A stretch of DNA of 64,000 nucleotides from Eubacteriales bacterium (GCA_045588145.1 JAZNDS010000038.1:882-64881); one strand, 5' to 3'. Positions 43,610 to 56,796 are shown, counted from the first letter of the stretch. Notes: generated by a model from the letters alone, not told the origin. A program made the numbers and translations.

Positions 43610-43642
43610 CAAAAGAGCAGAATAAAAATTCTGCTCTTTTGT
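43610..43642. terminator. Bidirectional terminator (spoVA operon / GT2 gene)
   Basis: AGAGCAGAAT-aaaa-ATTCTGCTCT with flanking A and T runs. Confidence 0.8.
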
Positions 43643-43652
43643 ATTGTTTTCT

Positions 43653-44381
43653 TTACTTAATCGGCTTAATATTCTCTTTTTTGATGCGTTTTTTCATTTT
43701 AAAGAGGTCCTTCAGCATACGGACGGTATCGCGGAAGAGGTGGATGCTGCTTTTGCGGTGATTGACGATGCAGACCGGGATCTCACAAAAGGAGGCACCC
43801 GCCCTTTGCCCGACGAGGATCGCCTCGTAATCAAAGGCAAAGCGGTCGATCCGACAGTGGGGGAAGATGGCGTCGGCCGCCCTTTTACGGAAGGCCTTGC
43901 AGCCGCATTGCGAATCCGAAAGCGTCAGCCCGAAGAAAAGGCGAAGCAGAAGGCGGTAGGCCTTGCTGGCAAGCTTACGGATAAAGGAGTATCCCTCGTA
44001 TCCCCGCGGGTGGATCTTGCGGGAGCCGACCGCCACATCAAGGGTGGGGTCGCTTTCAAGCGCCCTGTAAAATTCTTCGATCACCTCGGTGCCGTACGCG
44101 AGATCGCAGTCGGTGAACATCACGATCTCTCCCTTGGCCTCGGCGATCCCCGCCCGCACGGCGTAACCCTTGCCGCGGTTCGGGGTATAGCTGATCAGGC
44201 GGACGCCCTCGCCTTCCTTCCCCTTGGCCAGCCCTTCGGTCCCGTCGCTTGAGCCGTCGTTGATCAGAAGGATCTCATAATCCTCCTTAAATACTTTTTT
44301 CATATACGCTTGCAGGATATCGACCGTTTCGCAAACGATCGCCTCCTCGTTATACATGGGGATACAAAGCGAGATCTTCAT
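43653..44381 (-). CDS. Family 2 glycosyltransferase (polyprenyl-phosphate glycosyltransferase-like)
   Basis: IPMYNEE, NDGSSDGT and DCD motifs. Confidence 0.88.
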   Translation of the reverse strand: MKISLCIPMYNEEAIVCETVDILQAYMKKVFKEDYEILLINDGSSDGTEGLAKGKEGEGVRLISYTPNRGKGYAVRAGIAEAKGEIVMFTDCDLAYGTEVIEEFYRALESDPTLDVAVGSRKIHPRGYEGYSFIRKLASKAYRLLLRLFFGLTLSDSQCGCKAFRKRAADAIFPHCRIDRFAFDYEAILVGQRAGASFCEIPVCIVNHRKSSIHLFRDTVRMLKDLFKMKKRIKKENIKPIK

Positions 44382-44558
44382 TTTTTCTTCCCTTATTTTT
44401 TTCTTTTTTTCAGTATAACAGACTTTTTTTCCTTTTTCAATCCCGCGGGGGCCTTCTTTTTAAATTTTTTTGTTGCATTTTTTGTAAATAGTTCTTGCCA
44501 TTTTTATATTACTATGATATAATATAAAGCATAGAGTTATTTTAAAGGGGAAAGACGT

Positions 44559-45956
44559 ATGAAAAACGAATTACAGGAAATGACCGATGCGCTGCTTGGC
44601 CTTTTGCGTCAAAAGCGTACCGAAAGCATTTTTTCGGTCTGGTTCCGCGATCTTCGCCTTGAATCCCTGACAGGAAGCCGCGCGATCATCTCGATCCCCT
44701 CCGAATTCAAGCTTCCTCTTTTAGAGCTTCATTACCGCACGGTGATCACCGAATGTCTGGAGGCGGTGCTGGGCTTTCCCCTTTCGGTCAGCTTTATCGC
44801 GCGCGAGGAGGAAAGCGGGCAGGTCTATATCGCGCCCGAGCCCCGCGTTCATACCTTTACCGAAAACGACGAGCCCGAGGAGAAAAACGAGGTCAATATC
44901 AAGGATCTTGAAAACCCAAAGACCATCGTTGAAAAATATACCTTCGATAACTTTCTGGTAGCCGATTCCAACCGCTTCGCGCACGCGGCGTGCCTGGCGG
45001 TCGCGCATACCGCCTGCGCCGAGGGGGACGATGAGGAGAACCTTTACAATCCTCTCTTCATCTACGGGCGAAGCGGCCTTGGAAAGACCCATCTGCTTTA
45101 CGCCATCACCAACGAGATCAAGAAGAAGAACCCCAACGTAAAGATTATTTATAAAAAGGGAGAGGACTTCACGAACGAGCTGATCAGCGCGATGCGCGAC
45201 AAGAAGAACGAGCAGTTCAGGTCCTATTACCGCACGGCCGACGTTCTTCTGATCGACGATATCCAGTTTATCGCCGGGAAGGTGCAAACGCAGGAGGAAT
45301 TCTTCCACACCTTCTCCGCCCTTTACGAGGGGGGAAAGCAGATCATTCTGACATCGGACCGACCGCCGCGTGAGATCCAGCCGCTGCAGGACCGACTTCT
45401 GACCCGCTTTGAATGGGGACAGCTGGCCGATATCCAGCCCCCTTCGGCCGAGCTTCGGACCGCGATCATTTTAAAAAAATCCGCCGACGAAGGGGTGGTA
45501 TTCCCCGAGGATGCGGTGAAATTCCTTTCGGATTCCTTAACCGAGAACATCCGTCAGATCGAAGGGGCCATCCACCGTATCAAGGGAATCTCGATGATCT
45601 CCTCGACCCCAATCACCCTCGATATGTGCCGCCGCGCGATCGCCGATTTTCTGAAAAAGAAGAATTCGGCCACCGATACCGTCGAAAAGATCATCGCAGC
45701 GGTCTCCGCCAAATATAAGGTATCCAAGGAGGAGATCTGCGGAAAGAAGCGCAGCGCCGGCATTATGATGGCGCGCCACGTCTGCATCTATATGATCCGT
45801 GAGCTGACAGACCTTTCTCAATCCGCCATCGGCAATTATTTTGACCGTGACCATACGACAGTCCTGAATTCGATCCGTTATATTGAAAACGAACTGAAGA
45901 TCACCCCCTCTCTTGAATACGAGATCGAGGAAATGATCCGTAAGGTCAAGGAATAA
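44559..45956 (+). CDS. dnaA: Chromosomal replication initiator protein DnaA
   Basis: AAA+ GRSGLGKTHLL, LLIDDIQF, and the C-terminal DnaA-box binding domain DHTTVLNSIRYI. Confidence 0.97.
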   Translation: MKNELQEMTDALLGLLRQKRTESIFSVWFRDLRLESLTGSRAIISIPSEFKLPLLELHYRTVITECLEAVLGFPLSVSFIAREEESGQVYIAPEPRVHTFTENDEPEEKNEVNIKDLENPKTIVEKYTFDNFLVADSNRFAHAACLAVAHTACAEGDDEENLYNPLFIYGRSGLGKTHLLYAITNEIKKKNPNVKIIYKKGEDFTNELISAMRDKKNEQFRSYYRTADVLLIDDIQFIAGKVQTQEEFFHTFSALYEGGKQIILTSDRPPREIQPLQDRLLTRFEWGQLADIQPPSAELRTAIILKKSADEGVVFPEDAVKFLSDSLTENIRQIEGAIHRIKGISMISSTPITLDMCRRAIADFLKKKNSATDTVEKIIAAVSAKYKVSKEEICGKKRSAGIMMARHVCIYMIRELTDLSQSAIGNYFDRDHTTVLNSIRYIENELKITPSLEYEIEEMIRKVKE

Positions 45957-46218
45957 GTTTTCCACCTTTTTGTGTATTTTTCGGTTGATATCACGGTGGA
46001 AAATTCAAGAGAAAAAAGAAAGAATTTTTTTACACCTCTTTCCCTCTTTTTTATCCACCGATTGTTCACCGATAAAAGGGACAGCATCCCCCAAAAAAAA
46101 CCTTGTAAGACAAGCCCCTTCGGGTTTTCTACCTTTTCAACCGCCTCTACTGCTTCTACTGCTAATCCTCTTATTTTATTTTATTTTGTTTTGGTTTGAC
46201 CGACAGAAAGGAACCGCC
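45957..46218 (+). other. oriC-like region in the dnaA-dnaN spacer (DnaA boxes plus AT-rich unwinding candidate)
   Basis: TTTTCCACC at 45958, its inverted copy GGTGGAAAA at 45995, and TTATCCACC at 46051. AT-rich run TTATTTTATTTTATTTTGTTTTGGTTT at 46171-46197. Confidence 0.6.
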
Positions 46219-47370
46219 ATGAAAATCACCTTCTCCAAATCGCTTTTTCTCGATAAGCTTGCCCCCGCGATGGGGACTGTTTCCAACAAAAACACCATCT
46301 CCTCGATCGAAGGGGTGCTGATCGAAACCGTGGAGAACCGCCAGCTGAAGCTTACCACCTACGATATGAAAAAGGGAATGGTCTCGCTGCTTGACGCCGA
46401 GACGGTCGAGCGGGGCGGCAGCTATATCATCAACGCCTCCCGCCTTTTGCAGATCTTAAAGGTCATGCCCGAGGATATCGTATCCTTGGAGGTAGACGAT
46501 AAGCTGAACGTATCCATTTCGGCTGGGCAAAGCAATTTCTCTCTTTTTGCCCTGCGCGGCAGTGAATTTCCCAATATTCCTCTCTTAAGCGGAGAAAAGG
46601 GATTTGAGATCGAATCGGGTACGCTTCGCTCCATGATCAGCCGCGTGTTCCATTCGATCGCCGATCAGGATTCGCGCCAGGTCCTTTGCGGCGCCTACTT
46701 CAAGCTTTTTGACGGTCTTTTTGAGATCGTTTCCTGCGATAGCTTCACGCTTTCTCTTTGCCGTAAAAAATGCGATATCAAGGATATCGGGGTGGTGGAG
46801 AGCCAGGGCTTTGACTTCATCGTTCCCGGCCACGCGCTTTCCGAGCTTTTGCGTATCCTGCCCGAGGGAGAGGAAAAGATAAACGTGTATCTTACCCGTA
46901 AGCACGCGATCTTCCGCCTTGATGAGATGACCTTCTTTACCCGTCTTATCGACGAGGATTACATCGATTATAACCGCATCATTCCCAAGCAGCAGACCAT
47001 TTTCGCGACGCTTGACCGTGAAAGGATCTTAAAGGGGCTTGAGCGGGCGAACCTTGTGGCTGAGGAAAAGAGCCAAGGGAACCGCACGAGCTACGTGAAG
47101 CTGATCCTTTCGGGGGACAGCTTAACGCTGACCTCCTCCTCGATCTCGGGGAAGGTATTCGATGAAATGGAATGCACGCACGAGGGTGAGGATATTGAGA
47201 TCGGCTTTAACTGCCGGTATCTGACCAACAGCATCAAGGCGGCCGAGGGCGAAAGGATCAAAATGACCTTGAAGAGCCCCCGCCAGAGCATCACGATCGA
47301 GCCGATCGAGGAAAAGGAAGAGGAAATCTTCTTTTATATGGTCCTGCCGGTCCGTATGGCGGAAGAATGA
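46219..47370 (+). CDS. dnaN: DNA polymerase III beta sliding clamp
   Basis: MKITFSKSLFLDKL...SSIEGVLIE, 383 aa. Start trimmed from listed ORF 45970. Confidence 0.95.
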   Translation: MKITFSKSLFLDKLAPAMGTVSNKNTISSIEGVLIETVENRQLKLTTYDMKKGMVSLLDAETVERGGSYIINASRLLQILKVMPEDIVSLEVDDKLNVSISAGQSNFSLFALRGSEFPNIPLLSGEKGFEIESGTLRSMISRVFHSIADQDSRQVLCGAYFKLFDGLFEIVSCDSFTLSLCRKKCDIKDIGVVESQGFDFIVPGHALSELLRILPEGEEKINVYLTRKHAIFRLDEMTFFTRLIDEDYIDYNRIIPKQQTIFATLDRERILKGLERANLVAEEKSQGNRTSYVKLILSGDSLTLTSSSISGKVFDEMECTHEGEDIEIGFNCRYLTNSIKAAEGERIKMTLKSPRQSITIEPIEEKEEEIFFYMVLPVRMAEE

Positions 47371-48447
47371 CCGTAAAAAAGATAAAGGCGGTCGATTTTC
47401 GGAATATAGAGAGCTGCGAGGTCAGCTTTTCCGAGGGGGCCAACCTTTTGCTTGGCAACAACGCCGAGGGAAAGACCAATCTTTTGGAGGCGATCTATTA
47501 TTTTGCAAGGGGAAAAAGCTTTCGCGGCGCCACCGATCGTGAGCTTTGCCGCTTCGGCACCAAGGGCTATTTTATTGAGCTTACCTTTGTAGGCGGCGGG
47601 CGAGAGCAAACGCTTACCTACCGCTTTTACGAGGGAAGCAAGCAAAAGAAAAGAAACGGCGCGCCGATGGAAAAGATTTCCGAAATGCTGGGGCATTTCC
47701 GCGCGGTCCTTTTCTATCCCGAGCATTTGCAGCTGGTAAAGGGAAGCCCCGCGCTTCGGCGGGAGTTTCTGAATATCGCCATCTCGCAGATCGAGCCCTC
47801 GTACATTCCCTTATACGCCTCTTATCAGAAAATTCTGGATAACCGTAACGCGCTTTTGAAGATCGCCGGAAAGGGTGGATTTTTTGAGGAGGAGGAATAT
47901 AGGGTATGGAGCGAAAGGCTGGCAGACGCCGCTTCCTCAATCACGCTTTTCCGCTATCGCTATGTGGATAAGATCAAGGAAGAAGCCAAAAGCATTCTTT
48001 ATGAGCTTTCGGGAAAAAAAGAGGATTTATCTGTCTCTTATATTTCCGAAGCCCCCTTCGTAAGCAAGGAAGAAATAAAGAATTTTTACAAGGATCTGTT
48101 TTTATCGGATATAAGACGGGAGATCGCGGCGGGATTTACGGTTTTTGGCCCCCATCACGATGATCTTTCGCTTATAATAAACGGAAAAGGGGCCCGCGAG
48201 TTTGCCTCGCAGGGGCAGCAGCGCTCGATCTCGCTTGCCTTGAAGCTTGCCGAGGGGGAGGTCTCAAAAAAGGAATGCGGGGAATATCCCGTCTTCCTCT
48301 TTGACGACGTGATGAGCGAGCTGGATCCCTCCCGCCGTAATTTTCTTCTCTCTAAATTAGAGGATAGACAGCTGATCCTTACCGCGTGTGAGGACGGCGG
48401 CTTCCGTGAAAACGGCGCCTGCGTTATCAAGACCGAGGGGGGAAGCT

Positions 48448-48467
<20 letters not shown>
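47367..48467 (+). CDS. recF: DNA replication/repair protein RecF
   Basis: Walker A GNNAEGKTNLLEAI and signature SQGQQRS. ATGA overlap with dnaN. Confidence 0.95.
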
Positions 48468-50662
<2,195 letters not shown>

Positions 50663-50676
50663 GAAAGGAGAAGATC

Positions 50677-53229
50677 ATGGAGCATCATAAGATAGGTGAA
50701 GACATTTCCTTTCCCAATCAGAAGATCGAAAGCCGCTACATGGAAAAAGAGGTAAAGACCGCGTTCCTTGAATATTCGATGAGCGTTATTACCTCGCGCG
50801 CGCTTCCCGATGTAAGAGACGGTATGAAGCCCGGCCAGCGCCGCATCATGTACGCGATGTACGAGGATGGGCTGACCTACGATAAGCCCTTCCGCAAATC
50901 GGCAACGACGGTCGGTAACGTGCTTGGCCGTTACCATCCGCACGGAGACGCCGCGGTCTACGATACCATGGTACGCTTAGCGCAGGATTTCTCGCTTCGC
51001 TATCCGCTGGTGGACGGACACGGAAACTTCGGTAACGTAGACGGAGACGGCGCCGCCGCCTACCGTTACACCGAGGCCAGAATGTCGAAGATCGCCGATT
51101 ATATGATGAACGATATCGAGAAGAACGTCGTCGATTTCGTTCCCAACTACGATAACCGCTTAAAGGAGCCTACCGTCCTGCCCTCCCGCTTCCCGAACCT
51201 GCTTGTCAACGGCTCGGTGGGGATCGCCGTCGGTATGGCGACCAACATTCCCCCGCATAATCTGACCGAGGTCATCGACGGGACCATCTACCGTATGGAG
51301 AACCCCGATTGCTCGGTAGCCGATCTGATGAATTACATCAAGGGACCCGACTTCCCGACCAAGGGTATTATCTACGGAAGCCGCGGTATGTACGACGCCT
51401 ATACCACCGGTAAGGGGCGCGTGATCGTGCGTGCCCGCGCACGGGTAGAAGAGGAAAATCGGCGCATCGTTGTTACCGAAATCCCCTATATGGTAAACAA
51501 GAGTATGCTTGTTGCCGCCATGGCGGACCTTGTTAAGGACAAGAAGATCGAGGGGATCACCGATATCCGCGACGAGTCGGGACGCGCCGGGATGCGTATC
51601 GTCATCGAGTATAAGCGTGACGCCAACGGCGAGGTCATCTTAAATCAGCTGTATAAATACAGCCAGCTGCAAAGCACCTGCGCTGTCAATATGCTGGCGC
51701 TTGTTAACGGTGAGCCGAAAACGCTTTCGCTCCCCGCGATCCTTGATTCCTACATCGCCCACCAGGAGGATGTCATCACAAGGCGCTGCCGCTTCGAGCT
51801 GGAGAAGGCGCTTTCCGAGATGCATATCTACGAGGGGTATAAGACCGCCATCGACCATATCGACGAGGTGATCGAGATCATCCGCGCGAGCGCCTCGATC
51901 CCCGACGCGAAGGAAAAGCTTTCGGCCTCCTTCGGTCTTACCGACGCGCAGGCCCAGGCGATCGTCGAGATGACGCTCGGTAAGCTTTCGGGACTGGAAA
52001 GACAGAAGATCGAGGACCGCATCGAAAAGCTTTCGGCGAAGGTCAACGAGCTTACAGCGATCCTTGCCGACGAAGGAAAGGTCAAGGAGATCATCAAGGA
52101 GGAGCTGGAGGTCATTCGCGATAAGTTCGGCGACGAAAGAAGGACCGAGCTGATCGAGGCGACCGACGAGATCGACATTGAGGATCTGATCGAGCGGCAC
52201 ACCTGCGTGATCACGCTTTCGCACGGCGGCTACATCAAGCGCCAGCCCGCCTCGACCTATTCCGCCCAGCACAGAGGCGGCAAGGGCATCACGGGCATGA
52301 CCACCAAGGAAGAGGATTTTGTCGAGAACGTGCTTGTGGCGAACAGCCATGAGAACCTGCTCTTCTTCACCAACCTTGGGAAGGTCTATATGAAAAAGGC
52401 CTACCGCCTGCCCGAGGCCTCGCGTACCGCTAAGGGAAGCAACATCGTCAATATTCTGGAGATCGAGGAAGGGGAAAAGATCACCGCCATTATCCCGATC
52501 GCCGATTTTGAAGGAGAAGAGTTCCTGACGATGGTCACCCGCCGCGGCGTTATCAAGCGTACCCCCATTGCGGAATACGCCTACCAGCGTAAGGGCGGTA
52601 AGCGCGCCTTAACGCTGGACGAGGGAGACGAATTGCTGTATGTACGCCGCACGGTCGGTGAAGAGGAGCTGATGCTCGCCACGAGATCGGGTCTTGCGGT
52701 CCGCTTCTCGGAGGAGAACGCCCGCTCGATGGGACGTACCGCCCGCGGTGTCCGCGGCATCCGCCTCTCGGGAGACGATGAGGTCGTCGGGGTCGTGGTG
52801 GTAGACGAAAGCAAGCAGCTGCTTACCATCACCGAGAACGGCTTCGGCAAGCGGTGTCTCTTTGAGGATTTCCGCCTGATGAAGAACCGCGGCGGCCACG
52901 GCGTCACCTGCCATAAGATCAGCGAGAAGACGGGTGGCCTTGCCTCGATCGCCACGGTCAGTGAGGATGACGACTGCATGCTGATCACCGACGCGGGTGT
53001 CATTATCCGTACCCCCGTTTCGGGTATTCCGATCTATTCCCGCACGGCGGGCGGCGTGATCGTGATGCGCCTTAACGAGGGTGTGAAGGTCGTGACCTTC
53101 GCGCGCCTTGAGAAGGAAGAGGAGATCGAAAAGGAGGCCGCGGCCGCCGAGGAGGCGCAGGCCGGCGCCCCGAAGGCCGAGGAAGGCCCCGTCCCGCTGT
53201 CCGAAGAAAACGGAACCCTTGCCGAATAA
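50677..53229 (+). CDS. gyrA: DNA gyrase subunit A
   Basis: [24 protein letters not shown] and [10 protein letters not shown] (active-site Tyr region), with a C-terminal beta-pinwheel. Start at ATG 50677, which has an AAGGAG RBS. Confidence 0.96.
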   Translation: MEHHKIGEDISFPNQKIESRYMEKEVKTAFLEYSMSVITSRALPDVRDGMKPGQRRIMYAMYEDGLTYDKPFRKSATTVGNVLGRYHPHGDAAVYDTMVRLAQDFSLRYPLVDGHGNFGNVDGDGAAAYRYTEARMSKIADYMMNDIEKNVVDFVPNYDNRLKEPTVLPSRFPNLLVNGSVGIAVGMATNIPPHNLTEVIDGTIYRMENPDCSVADLMNYIKGPDFPTKGIIYGSRGMYDAYTTGKGRVIVRARARVEEENRRIVVTEIPYMVNKSMLVAAMADLVKDKKIEGITDIRDESGRAGMRIVIEYKRDANGEVILNQLYKYSQLQSTCAVNMLALVNGEPKTLSLPAILDSYIAHQEDVITRRCRFELEKALSEMHIYEGYKTAIDHIDEVIEIIRASASIPDAKEKLSASFGLTDAQAQAIVEMTLGKLSGLERQKIEDRIEKLSAKVNELTAILADEGKVKEIIKEELEVIRDKFGDERRTELIEATDEIDIEDLIERHTCVITLSHGGYIKRQPASTYSAQHRGGKGITGMTTKEEDFVENVLVANSHENLLFFTNLGKVYMKKAYRLPEASRTAKGSNIVNILEIEEGEKITAIIPIADFEGEEFLTMVTRRGVIKRTPIAEYAYQRKGGKRALTLDEGDELLYVRRTVGEEELMLATRSGLAVRFSEENARSMGRTARGVRGIRLSGDDEVVGVVVVDESKQLLTITENGFGKRCLFEDFRLMKNRGGHGVTCHKISEKTGGLASIATVSEDDDCMLITDAGVIIRTPVSGIPIYSRTAGGVIVMRLNEGVKVVTFARLEKEEEIEKEAAAAEEAQAGAPKAEEGPVPLSEENGTLAE

Positions 53230-53311
53230 GGGTTAAATCGGGAAAAAACAGCAACACTAACCTTGTATAATTTAAATTTTAATAAATCTATGATGAGAAA
53301 GGTTTTCGGTC

Positions 53312-53749
53312 ATGATGAAGTACAATGAAAAAATCGTTGCCCTGCGTAAGGCGAACGGCTTCACCCAGGAGGCTTTTGCCAAGGCGGTCGGTGTTACCCG
53401 CCAGGCGGTCTACAAATGGGAGGTAGGCGATTCTTATCCCGAGGCGGAAAAGCTGATCGCTATCAAGATGCTGTTCGGTATCAGCATCGACGACCTGCTT
53501 GACGACAACTACGAGGTGGTTGTAGAGCGTGTGAAGAAGCCGAGAAAGCGCCGCGCCGCCGCTGCCCCTGTTGAGGAAGCGCCCGCCGAATTCTCGGTGG
53601 TCGAGGCTACGGCAGAGGAAGAGGTCGCCGTTGAGGAGGCGATCGTTGCCGAGGCCCCCGTTGAGGCAGACGAATTCGACTTTACGGTTACCGCGGTCGG
53701 AAGCACCGAAAGAAGCGGGAACCTGTTTGACCTGTTCCGTAAGGGGTAA
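53312..53749 (+). CDS. XRE-family HTH regulator with Ala/Glu-rich low-complexity tail
   Basis: NGFTQEAFAKAVGVTRQAVYKWE helix-turn-helix. Confidence 0.8.
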   Translation: MMKYNEKIVALRKANGFTQEAFAKAVGVTRQAVYKWEVGDSYPEAEKLIAIKMLFGISIDDLLDDNYEVVVERVKKPRKRRAAAAPVEEAPAEFSVVEATAEEEVAVEEAIVAEAPVEADEFDFTVTAVGSTERSGNLFDLFRKG

Positions 53750-53953
53750 GACCGAAGGACCGATCGGGGGGAGCCTTCCCCCCGCTTCACCCCTTATCCG
53801 AAAAAGGAAAGGGACTTTTCGCCCTTTCCGCCATAAAGCCTTTCCCGCGCTGCGTGCGTGCGGGAATTTTCGCGCATACGGATTTTCTCTTTTGCATAAA
53901 ATTGGAAAAGAGGGGAATACTGTCCTATAAGACCCGAAAAAAGGAGAGATAGG

Positions 53954-54220
53954 ATGGTAAAGGGATACGAAAAAAGAATGGTGCGGCTGCAAAACGTCAG
54001 CAGCCGTTATTTTGAAGAGGTCTGCTTTATTTTGAGGGATGACCCCCGCTTGGGCACCCCCCGTGGGGCGGATCTTTTGGAGGAGGCGAACCGCATCCTC
54101 GACGAAAATCGGTGGGAGGCCCCGAAGGGGGGTCCCGAAAAGCGACGGCAGCCCCTTTCCTTTTTGCTGGGAATGGTTACCGCCGCCTCTCTTTTATTGC
54201 CGCTGATCTTCGTTTTGTAA
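53954..54220 (+). CDS. Small C-terminally membrane-anchored protein, unknown function
   Basis: AGGAGA RBS and a single C-terminal TM segment (LLGMVTAASLLLPLIFVL). Confidence 0.55.
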   Translation: MVKGYEKRMVRLQNVSSRYFEEVCFILRDDPRLGTPRGADLLEEANRILDENRWEAPKGGPEKRRQPLSFLLGMVTAASLLLPLIFVL

Positions 54221-54257
54221 GGGGAATTTTTCCCCTATTTAAAGGAAAGGAAGAAGA

Positions 54258-56144
54258 ATGACCGAAGAAAAAAAGAAAAACAAGGGGGAAAGGCGCCTTA
54301 TAAAGGCGAAAAAAGACCCCGAAAGAAGGGAGAAAAAGCCCTTGAAGCCTGAAAAAAGGACGGGGGACGGGGCGCACTTTGCGACACCCGATCCCAAACG
54401 GGCGGCCGCGAAGCGAAAGAGCATCGCCAAAAAAGAGGCGCCCATCCCCGAAAAGCCGAATAAAAGAAGCCCCGACACGCAAAAAAGAAAGCTGCGCGTC
54501 TTTTTCCTCGGGGGTCTTGAGGAGATCGGGAAGAATATGTGCGTTCTCGAATACGGGGACGACCTTGTGATCATCGACAGCGGGATCGCCTTCCCCGACG
54601 AGGAGATGCCGGGGGTGGACCTGGTGATCCCCGATATTACTTATATCGAAGAAAATGCCCATAAGGTAAAGGGGATCCTTCTTACCCACGGGCACGAGGA
54701 CCATATCGGCGGCGTGCCGTATGTCCTGAAAAAGCTGTCGGTCCCCGTATACGGCACCGCCCTGACGCTGGGGATCCTGAAAAACAAGCTGAATGAGTTC
54801 CGCCTGCCGAAAAAGCCCGACCTTCGCACGGTCACGGCGGGAACGACGCTTTCGCTCGGGGCCTTTACGGCCGAGTTCGTTCGGGTCAATCACTCGATCC
54901 CCGACGCCTGCGCCATCGCGGTCACGACCCCTGTCGGCACCGTTTTCCATACGGGTGATTTCAAGCTGGACGTATCGCCGATCGGCGGGAAAATGATGGA
55001 TATCGGCCGCATTGCCGCGATCGGGGAAAGGGGCGTCCTTCTGATGCTGGGCGAATCGACCAACGCCGAGCGGGAGGGCTATACCCCCTCGGAAAGAAGG
55101 GTCGGCAATTCGCTTGAGCATCTCTTTAACAAATACCCCGACAGGCGGCTCTTGGTGGCCACCTTCTCCTCCAACGTCCATCGGGTCCAACAGATCATCG
55201 ACGCCAGCGTGCGGCATAACCGCCGCGTGGTGGTCTTTGGCCGCAGCATGACGGCGGTGGTCCGCGCCGCCCTGGAGCTTGGCTATATCGAGGCGCCCGA
55301 GGGCACGATCATCGAGCCGCAGGATATGCGCCGCTTCCGCCCCGAGGACCTGACGCTTCTGACGACGGGGAGCCAGGGAGAGCCGATGTCGGCGCTCTAC
55401 CGCATGGCCTTTGGAGAGCATGACCGCGTGAAGCTTTCCCCGCGCGATGTGGTGGTGCTGTCCTCCAGCGCCATTCCCGGCAACGAAAAGCTGATCGGCA
55501 AGATCGTCAACGCGCTCGTTAAAAACGGGATCCGCGTGGAAAACGACGGCTCGATCGAGGGGATCCACGTGTCGGGCCACGCCTGCTCGGAGGAGCTGAA
55601 GCTGATGCTCGGCCTCGTAAGGCCCACCTACTTTATGCCGATCCACGGCGAGCCCCGCCATCTTTCTGCCCATCGGGAGATCGTCGAGATGATGGGGATC
55701 GAGCCGAAGAATATCTTCGTCGGCGCGAACGGCGACGTGCTGGAGCTGGATAAAAAAAGCTGTCGTTGGGGTAAGCCTGTGGCGGCCGGCCGTATATTGG
55801 TGGACGGCAGCGGGATCGGGGACGTTGGCTCCGCCGTTCTGCGCGACCGCCTCCTGCTTGCCGAGGATGGGATCATCGCCGTCGTCGCGACGGTTGCCGT
55901 GCGTGACGGGCTTGTGTTCGCGGGCCCCGAGATCATCTCGCGCGGGTTCGTGTACGTCAAGGAGGCCGAAAGGCTGATGGGCGAGATACGCTCGCTTGCC
56001 GAGCAAACGCTTTCCGAGGCGCTTGACCTTGGGGTAAAGGATCTTGGCGAGCTGAAGGGCCGCGTGAAAGACGAGCTTTCGCACTTCCTCTTCAAAAAGA
56101 CCCGCCGCCGCCCGATGATCCTTCCGATCCTTCTGACGGTATGA
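54258..56144 (+). CDS. rnj: Ribonuclease J with about 70-aa Lys-rich N-terminal extension
   Basis: FLGGLEEIGKNM and HGHEDHIGG metallo-beta-lactamase motifs, plus beta-CASP and C-terminal domains. Confidence 0.93.
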   Translation: MTEEKKKNKGERRLIKAKKDPERREKKPLKPEKRTGDGAHFATPDPKRAAAKRKSIAKKEAPIPEKPNKRSPDTQKRKLRVFFLGGLEEIGKNMCVLEYGDDLVIIDSGIAFPDEEMPGVDLVIPDITYIEENAHKVKGILLTHGHEDHIGGVPYVLKKLSVPVYGTALTLGILKNKLNEFRLPKKPDLRTVTAGTTLSLGAFTAEFVRVNHSIPDACAIAVTTPVGTVFHTGDFKLDVSPIGGKMMDIGRIAAIGERGVLLMLGESTNAEREGYTPSERRVGNSLEHLFNKYPDRRLLVATFSSNVHRVQQIIDASVRHNRRVVVFGRSMTAVVRAALELGYIEAPEGTIIEPQDMRRFRPEDLTLLTTGSQGEPMSALYRMAFGEHDRVKLSPRDVVVLSSSAIPGNEKLIGKIVNALVKNGIRVENDGSIEGIHVSGHACSEELKLMLGLVRPTYFMPIHGEPRHLSAHREIVEMMGIEPKNIFVGANGDVLELDKKSCRWGKPVAAGRILVDGSGIGDVGSAVLRDRLLLAEDGIIAVVATVAVRDGLVFAGPEIISRGFVYVKEAERLMGEIRSLAEQTLSEALDLGVKDLGELKGRVKDELSHFLFKKTRRRPMILPILLTV

Positions 56145-56731
56145 TCGGCTATCGGTATATGGACGCCTCCCTTTATGGGGAGGAGGCCGATTTTCGCTGT
56201 GGGCTTTCGCTTCTTCCCGAGGCGCTTCACGCCTATGCCCTTGCCCCGAAGGAGAAAAACGCGCGCGCGCTTCGCTTGGCGGGCCTTGTGCTGCTGACCG
56301 TTCTTTATAACACCGAATGCGGCCACGCGCCGCTGCCCCCGATCGGCTTTTTTGAAAAGGGAAAGCCGTATTTTACCGAGGGCGAGCTTCATTTCAATAT
56401 TTCGCACAGCAAAGGGCTGGCCCTTTGCGCGCTTTCCGACCGCCCGATCGGGGTGGATATCGAGCCGATCAAGCAAGAATTTACCGAGAAGGAGGAGGGC
56501 ATCGCCCGCCGCTTTTTCACCGAGGGTGAGCGCCGCCTTTTGACTGCCGCCCCCGATAAGGGGGAGGCCTTCACCAAGATCTGGGTGCGGAAGGAAGCCC
56601 TCGCGAAGCAGAGCGGAGCGGGGGCGGCCGCCTTCTCCTCGACCGATACGACGGCGGCCCTTTTTTCGCACGAGGAGATCGTGACCGATAACGAAGGGGT
56701 GCGCTATTTCCTCGCGATTGCGGACAAATAA
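56141..56731 (+). CDS. Sfp-type 4'-phosphopantetheinyl transferase
   Basis: GKPYF...FNISHS...GVDIE...WVRKEALAK motifs. Confidence 0.88.
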   Translation: MIGYRYMDASLYGEEADFRCGLSLLPEALHAYALAPKEKNARALRLAGLVLLTVLYNTECGHAPLPPIGFFEKGKPYFTEGELHFNISHSKGLALCALSDRPIGVDIEPIKQEFTEKEEGIARRFFTEGERRLLTAAPDKGEAFTKIWVRKEALAKQSGAGAAAFSSTDTTAALFSHEEIVTDNEGVRYFLAIADK

Positions 56732-56796
56732 GCCAATAATGTAAAAGAAACTATATAAAAAGAGCAGAACCAAGGTTCTGCTCTTTTTGTGCTCGC
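56649..56796 (+). repeat. Left 148-bp direct repeat (PPTase last 27 codons, spacer and terminator)
   Basis: Aligns with 59805..59952 with 5 mismatches and no gaps. Confidence 0.9.
56757..56790. terminator. Terminator (PPTase on +, TasA-like gene on -)
   Basis: AGAGCAGAAC-caag-GTTCTGCTCT followed by TTTTT, with an A-run upstream. Confidence 0.8.

Noticed and set aside
44382-44558. DnaA-box cluster upstream of dnaA.
   Set aside because: The region is AT-rich, but I found no 9-mer within 2 mismatches of TTATCCACA on either strand by eye. Boxes are seen only in the dnaA-dnaN spacer. A computational scan is needed to be sure.
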